A stretch of 47,343 nucleotides of DNA, the filler included, from Jimgerdemannia flammicorona (taxonomy: Eukaryota): the NCBI GenBank assembly GCA_003990765.1. It is 2 parts of 2 records of this genome, joined end to end, with 100 filler letters (N's around TTAATTAATTAA, not from the genome) between each part and the next. Parts side by side here need not be neighbours in the genome. Positions count along the whole stretch, not along the records: positions 23,728 to 47,343 come from RBNJ01001089.1; 1 more part is not named here. The stretch is one strand, 5' to 3'. A program made the translations under genes and the position numbers. Of the stretch, positions 35,802 to 47,343 are shown in pieces (position 1 is the first letter of the stretch; each line of letters begins with the position of its first letter). The notes under the pieces are model-generated. The model saw only the letters and a program-made list of their open reading frames with translations, did not search any database and was not told the origin of the DNA.

Positions 35802-36850
35802 TTTTTTTTTTTTTTTTTTTTTATAGTCACTTAGACTCTGCCATTTATTACCAGTCTATTGTTAAATATACAGTTTTCCACCTACTATCCAATCCCCATA
35901 GGAGGGCTATATCCCACCTCAACCTAAGTAAAGACCACCTTCTCCCCAACTACTCCCACCCTTCCCCCACTCTGCCTACAAATATTCTCCACCAGACTGC
36001 ACCTCTGACCCTGCTGTATCCCCCAACCGAGCCACCAGCCAGTCAAGGTATCCTCCATAAGGTTCTGCCACCGCTGCAGCCAGACCTCTAAGCCCAGTCT
36101 CCTCCCCTCCTTGAAAACAAATAACTAGTGTCCGGCCAACCCTACCCAAATGGCCAGTGCCCAGCTGAGCATGGGCCATTCCTTTCTCACCCCTCCCACC
36201 AGTCTGTCACTCAAGTCCTCCCACCACCCCTGCATACCAGAAACCCTGCCCCTCACCCCCAAACAATCCCCAACAGATTGCCAAAAGTCACAAAGTACCT
36301 CACACTCCCCTAGCTAATGTTCTGACATCTGTACATAACCCCCTTCCTGACCCACATTATAGCACTCCTTGCAGTCAAAACAACCCCCCTCAACAAGGTG
36401 ACCCAAGCAGTAATTGAGCATGACATTCCTCCTCAACATGCACCACCAAGTCACCCAATACTTTGGTGGCATCCATCTTTTCACCTCAGCACTCCATGCC
36501 CAGATACTCTGCCAGTCCCACTCCTCACCAATTCCTACACCTTGCCAACCACTGGGCCACAGATCCTGGCCTAGTCCCCTCTGGCAGTCTATCCCATCAC
36601 TAATGTCAAACTCAAGCAATGGGACCCCACCCAGTAGTACCCAGTCCCATCTCCACATCTCTGGGTCCCAATCTTCCTCCCCTTCATTTCCCTGCCAATG
36701 GATCCCAATGCGGTGTGCCCCCTCTGCTATCCCCCACCAGAAGTCTTTGAATCACAATTGAGCAGTGTTCTGAAGTCCAACCAAAGACAGGAGATTGCCA
36801 GTTGAACCCTCAGGTGTGGACCTCCTCTCCCAAACCTTCTGCAATAGGGG
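35802..36850 (-). mobile_element. Young 5'-truncated L1/Tx1-like LINE inserted in element B
   Basis: Poly(A) tail; 15-bp TSD TGAAGTCTTTCCTTT (35787-35801/36851-36865); C-terminal zinc finger CKEC..EH*LGEC. Confidence 0.93.
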
Positions 36851-37029
36851 TGAAGTCTTTCCTTTAATATCCTTGAAGTCTGTGGTGAGGGCATCCTCAA
36901 ATTTATAGAGTATTTCCTTGAGCTCTGTTTTGAGTGGGAATTCATTTCCAATAGTATAGCTGTGCTTGCTTGTAGTTTCCTCCTTCTTGTGCTCCAGCTT
37001 AGTGATCTTGATACTGGTGAATACTCCTC

Positions 37030-37450
37030 TTCCTGTAGATCCAAATCCATTCTTTCCTATCTCTCTTTCCTCTAGCTTCTTGACTTCTATGATCCTAGGT
37101 TATAGAATTGGAAAGATCAGCATCTGTATCAATCAGTCCTTCTTCTTGACTGGAAATGGTATTATAGGATTATGGTTTCTAGCAATGAGTAGAATTTCCC
37201 CAGTATAATCTGAATTGATGACTTCTCCTTCAATCATAATTTTACTCTTGGCCAGGCTGCATCTTATCTTGAGAATCCCAATATGATCCTTTGCGATTGT
37301 CATCTCCAGGCTGGTTGCAAGTAGAGTGGTTGTCTGAGGTTTGAGTATAGAGTCCTCTACTGTGGCAATATCCATTCTAGCTACATTTTCTGACTTATAT
37401 TCTAGTAGGACTGCATTAGGATAAATCTTCCAAATCTTGATCTTGATTTC
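37030..37450 (-). pseudogene. dut: Element B dUTPase between protease and RT
   Basis: IKIWKIYPNAVL..ARMDIAT..IRCSLA..EGEVINSDYTGEILL..NGFGSTG. Confidence 0.88.
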
Positions 37451-40054
37451 CTCTTCATCATCACTATCTTCAAGGAGAGCTGGGGGTTTGTCATTCTCTT
37501 CTTCTTTTATTTTCTTTTCTTCTCTTACCTGTTTCTCAAGAGCCTTCTCTCTTTTTTGGTAGTAGATCTCCTTGATTTTACCAGTGTACTGGTAATACTC
37601 ATTGATATACTCCATATAGTACATTTGGATCTCATGGAGACAGACTCCTTATTTCTATAATCTTCTTTCACTAGTCTTCTTCACTCATCTATCTGATTTT
37701 TTTCTTCTTTTTCTGAGTTGTCACCATATAGACTTCCTTTTGTTTACTCTCTTCTTCTTCCATCTCAGGCAGGACTCCTTTATTGACATTGATGGGAATT
37801 TACATCTTCTGTCTGCAGTAGATGATCTGTATCTTCTGAGCATTCAGATCAATTACTGTCTTGGCCTCATGAAGCCATTGATCACTGATAAGGATATCAT
37901 AGTTGATTATATTAGTCATGATTACATCTACTGAAATAGTTGCTCCTCTAAACTTGATGGGAACATCTCAGACCTTTCCCAGAGGTGTGGCTCTTATACT
38001 ATCTACTGTGATGAATACCAATTTGGTTACTTCTTCAACTTCTTAATCTAGGTGGTTTGCTGCTTTCTTACTAAGGAGGTATCCTCCTGCTCCTGTATCA
38101 ATGATAGCCTCAAAGACTCTATCCTCAATTTGATAGGTTGTATAAGCAAAGGTCTTATGGTTGTCTTTGCTTTCTTCTCCTGAGTCCTCTTGAACATTGT
38201 TGGCCTCAGTTATCTTCCATTCTTGCTCCTTAGTTGTTTCAGCAAGTCTATATCTCATTTGAGTCTAAATGTGGATATTTCTACTAGCTAGCTGAAGGTT
38301 GTATTGACCTTTTGTTGACTGAGATCCTTGAAGATATCATACTTGAAGATCTTAGTGTTGTAAAGCTTCTTCTCTTTTCCTCCTTCACTGGCTGGAGTGG
38401 TTCCTTAGATGATATTTTGAACAATCTGTTCTAGCTCCATATCTTGATCTATTTCTTTATCTTGACTTTCTGTAGCAGTCCCTATCTGCTTTTCTACAGA
38501 ATTCTTCTTGGGTCTCTCTAGTGGTCTCTTGTAGGGTTGTTTATAGATATCTTTTCTGATAGTCTCAGTTGGGTAAACTTCTCATTCCTTTTCATCTAAT
38601 TCTTCAATCTCCTTGAAGGTGATGATGTTGGCCAATTCCTTATTTTGAGTAGCATTGCTTGGCTGTGCCTTGCACTTAGTTTCACTCATACATTCACATA
38701 AGTAGTGACCCTCTTCTCTGCAAGTGTAGCAGATATCTCTCTTCTTGTCTGAGATGGTGGCAAATTTCTGAACTGGGTGACAGTCTCTTTCTTTAATTTC
38801 CTTTATCACATCTACTAGGTGGGCTGTCATTTTGGTAAACCTCTTGGCAAGTTCCTCCATGGGGTCACTATTTCTCTATTATTCAGTAGCTCTTGGTCGA
38901 GGTATATTTTGATTGATCACTGTGGTAGAGATTATACTAGTTACCTTGAGTGTTTTAATTCTGACTCCAGTGACCATCTCCATTGTATAGTCTTGTGGGT
39001 GTCTGGCTATCCAGTATTGCTGAGCATAGGTGACATTCTGTACAGATCCAGAACTATTAGTGCAGGGCTATCTCTGGATATATTCTTTTCATAAAGGTTG
39101 CTTTAGCTACTTAATTCCTGATGACAGCAGTATAATCTGTAAGGATTATCTGATATCAGATTCTAGTGTAAAATGTGTTTGAATCCTCACTCATTTCTTA
39201 GCAAGTTGTATTGAGCTGATCCTTCAGGGCTTGCTTGATCTCATCTGTATAGTAGGTAGCTCAGAGCCAGGTCTTCTGTACTGCTAGCATAGCATCATAA
39301 TTATTTCCTACATGAGTTGCAGCTATAAATACTGCTGTTATTGGTCCTCAGAGACTGAAGGGCATGAGAGTTACTTGCTGTCTTGCTGTCAGGTCCCTTA
39401 CAGTAGTGTATTGCTCAAAATCATCAATAAAGGTGATGATTGACTCACCTGAAGTATAATAATGGAATATTGGTGGTCTCATATCCATCTTGTCTGAATA
39501 TCTTAGTTCAATTTATATAGTTGTTCAGGTGGTGGCAGTTGTTCATTTTTCAGCTTGAAAGTGAGGAATTCATGTTGAATTACCAGCCAATGGGCACCAA
39601 GGTGTAACATAGTAGATGCTTAACCTTAAAAGTATATCAGATTTTTATATCTTAAAAACTTGATCTTCTTTGAATCAACAGAGTTCTTGGGATGCAGGGG
39701 TGAGTGAGTTGGAAGTGTATCTGCTCACAAGCTTACTAGTTCCTTTGCTTTCTCTTTGCTTTGAACTATTTCGATCTGAGGTTTATTCACTCTAAGATAC
39801 TGAGTTATTTATATAAGTTTACTAGCTATGAGGTGGGTGGCTAAGTTATGAGTTATTTTGAAAGTATTGAAATATTTTAACATTATCAAAATGCTATACT
39901 ATATTGGGTCTTCAATTTTGAATCTTTTGAAATATTTAGAAATTATTGAAATCAGAAACTGCTAACTATAAGACTATGCTAATTTGGGACTAGTGGTAAT
40001 CAAGTATCTATTCTCTATTTCCTTCATCTAAATTTAGTTCTACTATCTCAATAG

Positions 40055-40271
40055 TTTATAAACTAGTATAAATATTCTCAGTATCTAGAGTCAGTAAACC
40101 CCAGATCAAAATAGTTTAAATAAAGATGCAAGGAACTAGTATGCCTATAGGTAGATATACTACAAACTTACCTATTCCTATATCTGACGACTCTGAGGAG
40201 TCAAAGAAGATTAAGTATTCAAGATAAAGAAATCTACTATACTTCTATTAGTATATATCTGCTATATTATA
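40055..40271 (+). repeat. Old family-B-related LTR, 3' half (5' half at ~32155-32362)
   Basis: Degenerate reverse complement of the family-B LTR, interrupted by element B. Confidence 0.7.
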
Positions 40272-41021
40272 ATAATTCTCCATAATTTATCTTTTTATAT
40301 ATATTATTCAAAAATTAAATAAACTATAAGCTATAAATTTATTCAGTCAATCAATATCTTAACTATTCTATACTATATTATTAGTAATTTCTATTTTTAC
40401 TCATATATTAATAAAATAATATCTGAATTTAATGTATATATATACTTAATAGAAGATTCTAAATTATAGTTTTCAACAGATCTAAATATAATAAAATTAA
40501 ATATCATTTTATCTAAATATAAGTAAAATAACTTAAAATAAAAACTCAAGAACTAATTTATTTAAAACTTAAGCTTTTATCTTTATTACTAAATTCTTTA
40601 TATTAAAAATAAATTATTAAAAATTTATTTTTGTAGTTTAATTTAGTTATAAATAAATACTATCTAAAAAATACAGATTATTATTACTTTTACTATAAGT
40701 TAGTAAGAAGACAGTAATTAACTTTAAATATTAATCTTTTATATAAATTTAAAATATATAATTTAATAGTAATCTCTAAATAGTGATATCATCACAGAAG
40801 ACAGCCTTTCCTTATAAGCCATCAGATTGGAGTATAAGAAGATCATATGGCATAACTCACTCAGGCTACAATATGAGCAATAATAACTAACAATGAGTCA
40901 TAGTGACCATAAGATAGAGATCTCAAGGAATATAAAAGAAAGACCAGGAAACTACAGTTGTAGCAACTCAAATAAGACTCACAAAATCCTAAAATAGTTT
41001 GAAAGACTCACTATTAACAAA

Positions 41022-41716
41022 ATGCCTACTGCTTACCAAACCTCAAGGTCCAGGAACCACTAAGGCTTGAAAGGATGTTCTAAGACATCAGGAGAGTCAT
41101 AGAGACCTACACCAGAAGGATTTCTAGCCTTAATCTGGATACTGGTATCTTTTATCACTTTATCCTCTACTGCAACAAAATAGAGTCAAGGATTACTATT
41201 AATACCAAATACCTGTAGATGTGGCAGGAATATAAAATAGAAAACCTCCTCTGCTGGGAATTCTCTCAAGCAAGTTCCCAAGAGATACAAGATACCACTC
41301 CTATAAATATATATAAATTGAGAATAGCCAAAAAGATCCAACAGGTCTTCAGGCACACATATTGGTCAATCCCTAACTTAGAGTATACTAGAGTCTCAGA
41401 CTTCAAGGAATTGGCAGCCCACAACACAGATATACTAGAGGTCATGATGGCCACAGAAGCACAATCCACTATCACTCTCAAAAGTGATAAGATAGAAGAG
41501 TTCTGGAATCTCATCCTCCAGGACAATCCAGATCAATTCTTGCAAGGATTAATCTCAGTATTCTAAGGCCCCAGTATCCAGGTTAGACCCTTTCAAGATC
41601 CCACCTTTATCTCCTACTTTGTGGAGAAAATATCATAGATTAGAGAGCCCCTGATCTCCTTACTCTCACCACTACTGAACATGATGACATCATTAGTGAT
41701 GATATTATCTCACTAA
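41022..41716 (+). pseudogene. ORF-X homologue (closest to element C copy)
   Basis: MPTA...WQEYKIENLL..RIAKKIQQVFRHTYWSIPNLEYTRVSDFKEL..LQDNPDQFLQGLISVF*GPSI; TATAAAAG at 40931. Confidence 0.85.
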
Positions 41717-41717
41717 T

Positions 41718-41800
41718 TGATATGTATGAAATATATAAAACATACAAAATATGTGAAATGTACAAAACATATGAAATACTTGAAATATGCAAAATGGACA
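41718..41800. repeat. Decayed 9-bp tandem array (approximately AAACGTACG) x~9
   Basis: Units AAATATATA, AAACATACA, AAATATGTG, AAATGTACA, AAACATATG... Confidence 0.7.
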
Positions 41801-42822
41801 AAGATGCTTACAGAAACATTCACTGACCTTATTTTCTTCAAAGACATCCTGTCTCTAACCTCTAGTCTTGATGACAGTGACAAAGATGAAGTCCTCAGAA
41901 TTCTGAACATTCTGCTCTAAGTTCTTTATATAACTGTCAGAAATTATTCCAGCATTCTGATCTTGTATAATCAATTATATAGAAACTCAAATTTATACTT
42001 ACAACCTGAAATTTTCTATATTCAAATATCTTATTTGGTTATTGGAATCTATATTTAGTTTTAAAACTTAGCAATTATTGAATTATATATTATATAAATA
42101 CTCCTCTCATTTTCTTTGAAATAAAGTTAGTATTTAAATACTCAGTATTCAAACACTCAAGCATTCAAGTACCCAACTACTCAAGGAGTACAGAAGTTCC
42201 AGTCCTCTACTCAATTCCAAGCAAGCAAATCCAAGAGACAACAAAACTGTTTAAAGATAAGAATTTTGAGAACTATAAGACCTTAGGAAGGCACTCTAAT
42301 AGAACTTACTTATAGTTGATCTAAGAGATACATCTTAAAGAGAATCTGAAGTACTTGGAGAACTTAGCACCCACTATATGACAATAACTATCTAATTAAA
42401 TATTTATTTAATTATTTTTAAAGATTTTATTAAAAAAACAAATAGTTATTAATAATATATTAATAATAATTATATTAATTAATTTTCTAATATTATATTT
42501 AATATCTAGATCTAAACTAAGTTTATATTATAAGCTACTTAAAAGCTAGATAATTATAATTACAATCTATATATTAAACTATAAAAATAAAAATTTATAT
42601 ACTCTAGATATTATTTTTATTTTATAATAGTTAAGAAATTATACTAATATATAAATTATTTATTTATTTATTATAGATTCAATAAAAAATAATATATTTA
42701 TCTAAAATAAATATATAATATTCTGCTTTTGAAACTTCTTTCTAATATATTAAAGATAATTTGAATTAACTTAGACTCTGTAAATATAATATCATTCTCT
42801 AATATTAGAAAACCTTATATAT

Positions 42823-43280
42823 TGTAACGTAGTGGACGCTTACTCTTGAAAGTACGTCAGATTTCTGTATCTTGAAAACTTGACTGTTCTGACTCTCGCA
42901 GAGTCTCTTGAAGTTGCAGGGGAGGGTGGGTGAGTTCGAAGTGTATCTGCCCGCATGCTTTACTGTTCCTTTGCTATCTCTTTGCTTTGAACTATTTCGA
43001 TCTGAGGTTTATTCACTCCAAGATACTGGGTTATTTATACAAGTTTGCTAGCTATAAGAAGGTGGCTAAGTAATAAATGAGTCATTTGGACTTTGTCGAA
43101 ACATTTGGACAATGTCTAAAGGCTATACTAAATCAGGGTATTCGATTTGGATAATGTCTAAGAAATTAGGCAATGTCAGAATCGAGGACTGCTAACTATA
43201 ATGCTATACTACTTTGGGAATGAGTGCGATCAAGTGTCTATCCCCTATTTCCTTCTTCCAAATCTGGCTGTACTGTCACA
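42823..43280 (-). repeat. Young family-B solo LTR
   Basis: TGTAACG...GTCACA, ATAT/ATAT TSD, CpGs retained. Confidence 0.93.
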
Positions 43281-43745
43281 ATATATAGTTTTGAGGATTA
43301 ATATTTCCATGGAAATATACTTAAATTATTATATAAAAATGTTATCTATAAAATATTCACTAATATAAAATAAACTCCACTCATATATAATGATCAAATC
43401 TTATCTGTATTTTTGATATCTGTTTGCAATAATCTATATAAATAATTCAATTATATAAATGCTCTTTTATCTAGATAATTTCTATATTGAATCTCTACTA
43501 ATTAATATTAAACCTTTATAGCTTCAGACTCCTATTTTGATAATATAGTGACAAAATACTACTATGTGAAGATATCTTTACATGAAACTCCATTGATCAA
43601 TTTAAAGTATAGATATTTACCTATTAGTATGCTTCTTCTATTTAGGGCTATTCTCAAATTTGCATTTGATAGTTAGCTTTTATCAAAGTTAGACATAATT
43701 AGTATTTTGTATCAAGTATAAAGAATATGACAGTTGTATCAATAT

Positions 43746-46700
43746 TGTAACATAGCAGATACTTAATCTTAGAAGTATGTTGGATTTCTGTATCTTGAAA
43801 AATTGATCTTCTTTAACTATATAGAGTCCTTGAGATACAAGAGTGGGTGAGTTTGAAGTGTATCTGTCAACAGACCTACTAGTTCCTTTGCTTTCTCTTT
43901 ACTTTGAACTATTTTGATCTGAGGTTTATTTACTCTAAGATACTGGGCTATTTATATAAGTTTGCTAGCTATGAGGTGAGGCTAAGTTATGAGTCATTTT
44001 GAAAGTGTTAAAGCATTTTGATATTGTCAAAATGCTATACTATATCAGATCTTTGATTTCAAATCATTTGAAATATTTAGAAATTGTCAAAATCAGGAAC
44101 TGCTAACTATAAGGCTATGCTAATTTGCAACTGGTGGCAATTAAGTATCTATTACCTATATCCTTCTTCCAAATTTAGTTCTATCATCACAACTTCCTTC
44201 TGAATAGATAGTCTTATCTCTGAAATATCTATTCAAATTCCCTGGCCTCAACAGTCTGTATGGTCTTATACTGTACAATCTGTTATATCACTGTCTCCCA
44301 ATGGTGTCACCTTACTAGCTTGAAATTAATAGGAGTTATTCCATATAGGTAGTCTAGTACTAGTTCATCATCTTAGAATAACTTATGAATTTTTTGGACA
44401 ATAGTGATTTGTGAATTGGAGAGCTGACACTCTGCAATCCAATCATCCTTAGTTATTTCTAGTCTCTTGTTGAATATTTGTCTAAGTTTGAAGTACTCTT
44501 GGAACTCTGTCTAATGGTAGTAGGCCTTAAAGTCCAAAATTCAAGAGAGATGGGTCTGTACAATTCTTTGGATACTATCATAAGATTCTTCTATAGTCAG
44601 AGGTTCTGTGGTATTCCATTGTCTCTTGATGGTTCTTTGAGCACACCAGTGATCTTGAGTACTGTTACTGTACTTAGTTATAGACCATAGTACTTCTTGA
44701 GTCAGTTTTGGTAGATGGTAGTAGGGATGATTGTACCTAAGAGTTTTCATAGCCAAAAAGTGGTCTCTTTTATATCTTGTACAAGGTAAGGTCCTTCCCA
44801 ATTAGGTTTCAGTTTTCATGACCATGAAGCTTCTATAATATTCTAATATACTAAGACCTTATCTCCTATCTTGATAATCTCTAAGGGCTTGTGAATCTTT
44901 TCTGTATTATTCTGCTGTAGTGTCTGCACCTTGGTTATGTAATCCTTGACCTTCTTTCTGATTTGGTGTAGTCTCTGTATTTCTCCATCTATATGTTTCC
45001 ATACAGCATCCCCATTAGATGATAGGATTTCTTGAGAACTTTCTTCTTCAAAAAGTATTTTCCAAGAGGTGAAATGGGTGCTTTGTAATTGAATATTCTG
45101 GAGAGCAGATAATGCTATTGGCAGATAGTGATCCCAGTTTTTATAGTTATCACAGATCTTGGTAATAACATTCTTGAGAGTCTTGTTGGTCCTTTCTATC
45201 TGTCCATTTTCTTGAGGATGGTATGCTGTAGTCCAAATGTGCTAGATATTGTACTTCTTATGGAGAATCTCAAAGAACTGTTTCATGAATTCTGTTCCTC
45301 TGTCTATGGTTACTTGTGTTGGGGTCTTGAACTGGCAGATAATTTCTTTGTAAAAGAAATTAGCAACTGACTGTACATTGGCTTCCTTTGAGAGGTCCTG
45401 CCTCTATCTATTTTGTAAAAAGATCTATGATGACAATGATGTATTGGTTGCCAGTCAAAGTCAAGGGTAGAGGGCCAATCACATCTATTGCAATATGGGC
45501 AAATTGTACTAATTCTATGTGTACTGATCCTGGGGCTTGATTTCGTTAATCTTATTTCTGTTTCTAGCATTTTTCACAGGTCTTGACAAATCATCTGATA
45601 TCTTCCTCCATTTCTGACCACTATATTGTTCTTCTTACTTTATTATATATATTCATTCCTCCTAGATGGCTAAGTTTATATACTGATTTCATTGCTTGCT
45701 CCTTCTTTTATTCTGGTATAACTAGTAGCTTTCCTTTCTTCAATGTTTCTTCATTAGTTTTGAATTGTTTCCATGTTCTGTTGATAATTGATTATGTCTA
45801 TTCTTCCAGATATTGGGGCATCTTTTGCTGTTCCAGATAGGTGACAATTCTGTAGTAGAGCTCTTTATTTATGATTGATTTGCTGGTTGGGAGTCCTTCA
45901 GAGGGTCTGTGAGAGGGTATCTGCATTGGCATTGGTTCTTCCTGAGTGGTGCATGATGGTTATATTATATGCTTGCAACTTCATAATCCATCTGACATAG
46001 ATTCCTATGGGTTGCCCAGTGATCAGTAACCAAGTAAGGGCTGAGTGGTCTGTCTGAATGATGAAGTGTCTTCTGGAAAGATAGTTGTAAAACTTCTCTA
46101 CAGCCCAGATAACTGCAAGATACATATTCCAACTTATAGGATTCATACTCTTTTTTGGCTCCTTAGGTTCCTCAGCTGAGATATGTAATAATATATTCTG
46201 TCTTGTCTTTTTTTTGAGCCAGGACTGCTTCTAGTTCTTAGATACTTACATCTGTCTGCAGGATGAATTCTTGAGTCCAATCAGATCTTCTGAGAATGGG
46301 TGCCTGGGTCAGTCTGACCTTAAGCTCATCAAATACTTTTTGTTGTCTGCCAGTCTATTGGAACTTGGTATCCTTCTTGTTGAGTTTGTAGATTGGACCT
46401 GCAATATTAGAGAATCCTCTTATAAATCAGTAGTAGTATGAAGTGAGCCCTATGAAGGCTTGGGCTTCAGTAACTGTGGTAGGCCTTGAGTATGCTGCTA
46501 CTGCTTGTATCTTGAGAGAGTCAGTATAGGAGATCTCAATTTCTATGAATTTGTATTTCTTGGGCTTAATGTACAGACCATGCTATCTCAGCTTTTCCAT
46601 TATCTGCTAGATGTGCTGTGGATATTCCTCTGGTATCTGGCTATAGATAATCATATCATCTATATAAACTATCATCCATCTTCCTATGTTATAGTAGAAG

Positions 46701-47040
46701 ATTTTGTTCATCATTTGCTAGAAACTTGCTGGTTTATTACACATTCCAAATGGCATTTGCAGGTAGACATAGGTTCTGTCTGGGATGATGAAGGCTGATT
46801 TCTCACTTGCTGTTTCTGTGAGTCTGATTTAGTAAAATCCTGAGTATAGATCTAAGGTTCTATAGTACTATGCTTTGTCTTCCAGAGTTATAAGAATGTA
46901 ACTGATGAGGGATAGTGGTTGGCAATTCTTCTTAGTGACTATGTTGAGTTTCCTATAATCAACACAGAGTCTTGGGGTAAATTCTCCTAACTTGCTTCCT
47001 TTCTTTGGGATTAGTACAACTGGTAAAGACCAGGGGCTGC
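43746..47040 (-). mobile_element. Second family-B element (3' LTR 43746-44191, ORF-X, IN, RH, RT), interrupted at ~47040
   Basis: Collinear with 32363-35650; PRLCVDYRKLN; VIWAVEKF..QTDHSALTWL. Confidence 0.93.
44229..44688 (-). pseudogene. ORF-X homologue of second family-B element
   Basis: Collinear with 32831-33278 (EFQEYFKL..I...IHKLF*DDE). Confidence 0.65.
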
Positions 47041-47343
47041 CACCTCCCCATCTTTCTCTGATAACATTCAGGTTACACAACCCTTTGGCAACACTTTCGA
47101 CACAGTTTCTGGAGAAAAGCTACTAGTATCATGGAGACCAATGAGCATCTGGAGGTACATGCTGGGCAGGGTGGCCCTGGAGCGTTTGACTGGCAGCAAG
47201 TGGGGAGAGGCCCCAGCTTGGGGGGCAGTATGAGGGGCCTGCTGGTAGGGGGCCGCAGTGGAAGAGGGGCCTGCTGGTAGGGGGCCGCAGTGGAAGAGGG
47301 GCCTGCTGGTAGGGGGCCGCAGTGGAAGAGGGGGTGGAGCTGG
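47041..47343 (+). other. GC-rich foreign insertion, possibly the 5' end/ORF1 start of a LINE, with a 32-bp tandem repeat x3 (47232-47333)
   Basis: Abrupt loss of homology to element B; ATG at 47131; unit GAGGGGCCTGCTGGTAGGGGGCCGCAGTGGAA. Runs off the window. Confidence 0.45.

Larger units (their letters stand above)
32363..40050 (-). mobile_element. Element B: full-length degenerate Ty3/Gypsy (gag-PR-dUTPase-RT-RH-IN-ORF-X)
   Basis: LTRs 32363-32793 and 39603-40050; 4-bp TSD ATAG/ATAG. PBS TGGTGCCCATTGGCTGG (39583-39599, minus) and PPT at ~32794-32804. Motifs CYTCREEGHYLCEC, AIIDTGA, YIDYGKLN. Confidence 0.93.
40787..42383 (+). mobile_element. Family-F long solo LTR (~1.6 kb) containing ORF-X
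   Basis: Termini TATCAT...ATGACA (TGTCAT..ATGACA); flanks GTGA/ATAA are compatible with a G->A-mutated TSD. TATAAATACTCC at ~42093 and AATAAA at ~42120; no pol adjacent. Confidence 0.6.

Noticed and set aside
41713..41920. ORF with KY/KH periodicity
   Set aside because: It is a translation of the decayed 9-bp tandem array.
43285..43745. Possible host gene or DNA-transposon relic
   Set aside because: Too degenerate; no motif could be recognised in any frame.

Overview
Eukaryotic (fungal-like, host not determinable from sequence) heterochromatic transposon nest with no recognisable host gene. It holds at least six Ty3/Gypsy LTR-retrotransposon families, labelled here A-F, as full, deleted, chimeric or solo-LTR copies. 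These are interleaved with L1/Tx1-like LINEs and two foldback insertions. All are eroded by C->T/G->A transitions, increasingly so with nesting depth. A and C are chromoviruses, and A, B and E carry dUTPase. The most striking signal is one divergent, apparently helical accessory protein ('ORF-X', motif approximately Y-x-[IL]-G-x-x-L...[IA]-x-[KR]-x-x-x-[IL]-[FMY]...[IL]-x-x-L). By manual translation it occurs in seven copies across five families. It sits just downstream of pol (B, C, E) or inside unusually long LTRs (D, F), and most of the same families carry family-specific short tandem arrays in their LTRs. A second conserved oddity is an antisense A-box/hairpin/B-box (tRNA-like, Pol III-type) module after the chromodomain in both chromoviruses. 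A 100-bp artificial N-gap at 23628-23727 breaks contiguity. All alignments were done by eye; no database search was run.
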